64,000 bases of DNA from Hydrurus foetidus (lineage: Eukaryota), in NCBI GenBank assembly GCA_900617105.1, contig UYFQ01000001.1:3348001-3412000 (forward strand), given 5' to 3'. The notes under the pieces were generated by a model that was given only the letters and a program-made list of their open reading frames with translations, did not search any database and was not told the DNA's origin. Positions 62,000 through 64,000 of this stretch are shown one piece after another (positions within the stretch are counted from its first letter, which is position 1; every line of letters begins with the position of its first letter). Made by a program: the position numbers and the translations under genes.

Positions 62000-62446
62000 C
62001 TACCGGGCGATCTTGCGAAAACTCGAGTAATGGTCATCGGTGTAAAAACACGCATCGGGTGTGGTGGGCTTGAGCCCCCCACAAACAATGCGGCGTGCGC
62101 CTCGTGATCTTTCTCCCGGCGTTTTTACGGTGTATTCCCGATAAAACCCCCGCTTTTCTGGCGGCAAAATCCGCTCCCGATTGCCAAAAACAACGCCGTC
62201 TTTGTCGTACTTAAAAGGCCCGCCCTGCGCAATCAAGGCCATCATGTCCTGACCCTGCGCGGGCAACTGCTTGAGCTCAATGGTCGGTAGGGCGCCACCT
62301 GCTGGCGGGCTCTTGGCCTGCACCAATCCGGTGCCTCCCAGCGCTAACGCCAAGCTTGCAGCACCCAACCAGGTCGGCAGGCTGCGCGGCTTGATCGAGA
62401 CCCACATCCACGACTTCACCCACGACTTCATTGACTGCCAGACCAT
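62000..62446 (-). CDS. Secreted guanyl-specific ribonuclease (barnase/Sa/N1 family)
   Basis: Signal peptide; GGPFKY.KDGVVFGNRE.ILP, YREYTV.TPG...RGARRIV, YTDDHY.SF; start uncertain. Confidence 0.92.
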   Translation of the reverse strand: MVWQSMKSWVKSWMWVSIKPRSLPTWLGAASLALALGGTGLVQAKSPPAGGALPTIELKQLPAQGQDMMALIAQGGPFKYDKDGVVFGNRERILPPEKRGFYREYTVKTPGERSRGARRIVCGGLKPTTPDACFYTDDHYSSFRKIAR

Positions 62447-62617
62447 GCTTTGCGTGCCTTTTGCTTGACTTTGATAAGCGGGAACGCCGACGGTGTTTCG
62501 GGTTAACCCTCAAATTTCAAGCTGTGAATTTTGCCGCAAGTCAGCAAAAAACGCAATAGCCTGCTGAAGTTTTAGGCAGCAGGTGTGACGGAATACCGCT
62601 GCAAAAGTTAGTGCACA

Positions 62618-64000
62618 CTACACTAAATGGCGCTGGCGTGCTGCATTTGCGTCTGCAACAGTCAATGCAGTCATATTCACAATCCGGCGCACCGTGGCGG
62701 TCGCCGTGAGAATATGCATCGGTTTATTGGCCCCTAGCAGCACTGGGCCGATGGCAATGTTGCCGCCAGCGGCGGTTTTAAGCAGGTTGTAAGAAATATT
62801 AGCAGCGTCAATGTTTGGCAGCACCAGCAAATTGGCCTCGCCAATCAACGCGCTGTTGGGCATCAGGGTGGCCCGGGCCTCGGCGTCCAGCGCCACGTCG
62901 CCGTGCATTTCTCCGTCGACTTCGAGCCAAGGCGCTTTCTGGTGCAGTATTTCCAGGGTACGGCGCATTTTGATGGCGCTCGGCAAATTAGACGAGCCAA
63001 AATTGCTGTGCGACAGCAGCGCAGCTTTGGGCTTGATGCCAAAGCGCATCATTTCCTCAGCGGCCATGGTGGTGATTTCAGCCAGCTGCTCAGCGGTGGG
63101 GTCGTAGTTGACATGGGTGTCGAGCAAAAACACCTGGCGGCCAGGCAGCAGCAGCCCGTTCATGCAGGCATAGGTCTGCACGCCTTCGCGTTTGCCAATG
63201 ACCTGGTCGAGGTAATCCAGGTGCAACGCGGTAGTGCCCCACGTGCCGCAAATCAGTCCGTCTACGTCGCCTTTGTGCAGCAACATGCCGGCAATCAGCG
63301 TCAAGCGGCGGCGCATTTCGATTTTGGCCACCTGCACCGTTACGCCTTTTCGCTCCATCATGCGGTGGTAGGTTTGCCAAAAATCGCGGTAGCGGTGGTC
63401 TTGTTCGACATTGACCACGTCGTAATCGAGCTCTTCTTTCAGGCGAAGGCCAAAGTTTTCAATGCGCTTGGCAATCACCGCGGGCCGGCCAATTAACGTG
63501 GGGCGTGCCAAACCTTCGTCGACCACAATTTGGCAAGCGCGCAGCACGCGTTCTTCTTCGCCCTCGGCGTAGGCAATGCGTTTTTTGCTGGCGCTTTTGG
63601 CGGCCGCAAAAATCGGCTTCATCATGGTGCCAGATGCATACACAAAGCTTTGCAGCTTGACGCGGTACGCCTCCAGGTCGGCAATCGGGCGCAGGGCAAC
63701 GCCACTTTCAAAAGCGGCTTTGGCAACAGCCGGCGCAATCTTCATCATCAAGCGCGGGTCAAACGGTTTGGGGATCAAATATTCAGGGCCGAAAGCCAGC
63801 TTTTCGCCCACATAAGCCGCTGCAACAACTTCGCTTTGCTCGGCCTGCGCCAGCTCGGCAATGGCGTGCACCGCAGCAATTTCCATTTCAACCGTGATGG
63901 TCGACGCACCTGCATCGAGTGCGCCCCTGAAGATATACGGAAAGCACAACACGTTGTTGACCTGATTCGGGTAGTCGGTACGGCCCGTGGCAATGATGGC
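62618..64000 (-). CDS. maeB: NADP-dependent malic enzyme with PTA domain; 5' part outside window
   Basis: ATGRTDYPNQVNNVLCFPYIFRGALD, IPKPFDPRL, LSHSNFGS, DGEMHGD. Confidence 0.96.
   Translation of the reverse strand, partial: AIIATGRTDYPNQVNNVLCFPYIFRGALDAGASTITVEMEIAAVHAIAELAQAEQSEVVAAAYVGEKLAFGPEYLIPKPFDPRLMMKIAPAVAKAAFESGVALRPIADLEAYRVKLQSFVYASGTMMKPIFAAAKSASKKRIAYAEGEEERVLRACQIVVDEGLARPTLIGRPAVIAKRIENFGLRLKEELDYDVVNVEQDHRYRDFWQTYHRMMERKGVTVQVAKIEMRRRLTLIAGMLLHKGDVDGLICGTWGTTALHLDYLDQVIGKREGVQTYACMNGLLLPGRQVFLLDTHVNYDPTAEQLAEITTMAAEEMMRFGIKPKAALLSHSNFGSSNLPSAIKMRRTLEILHQKAPWLEVDGEMHGDVALDAEARATLMPNSALIGEANLLVLPNIDAANISYNLLKTAAGGNIAIGPVLLGANKPMHILTATATVRRIVNMTALTVADANAARQRHLV

Noticed and set aside
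62400..62431. 12-bp duplication CCACGACTTCA in the RNase N-terminus; 9-bp KAA repeats at 54846-54880
   Set aside because: Short slippage duplications in low-constraint termini with no sign of function

Overview
Chromosomal window of a betaproteobacterium, most likely Comamonadaceae (Polaromonas/Rhodoferax-like; inferred from protein sequences and gene order). Left to right: the end of a glycerol ABC transporter locus with glpD; the spc and alpha ribosomal operons (rplN to rplQ); tRNA-fMet; a stand-alone bchI-bchD-bchO Mg-chelatase cluster (suggesting an anoxygenic phototroph); a lipid A modification module (pap2-eptA divergent from a PmrAB-like two-component system); DMT and sulfurtransferase genes; a type I R-M locus interrupted by YhcG and a Phd/VapC toxin-antitoxin pair; a ZIP metal transporter with a structured leader; a full ccmABCDEFGHI operon; small accessory and TA genes; pepP, murU, tkt, gap, yjjJ; further accessory genes; amgK, lptD, surA, rsmA; a barstar plus secreted RNase pair; and the 3' part of maeB. 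No CRISPR array, rRNA, integrase or transposase was seen. The most notable unexplained signals are (1) a hidden -1-frame ORF behind the barstar stop, with a hairpin and an ssrA-like LAAA terminus; (2) two dispersed palindromic repeat families with copies translated in frame inside enzymes (AmgK, MurU, sulfurtransferase) and nested inside one another; (3) a decayed duplicate of the gap 3' end bracketing the yjjJ toxin; (4) a multi-stem RNA candidate upstream of the ZIP gene; and (5) hsdR placed behind a TA promoter. All calls come from reading the sequence; no database search was run.
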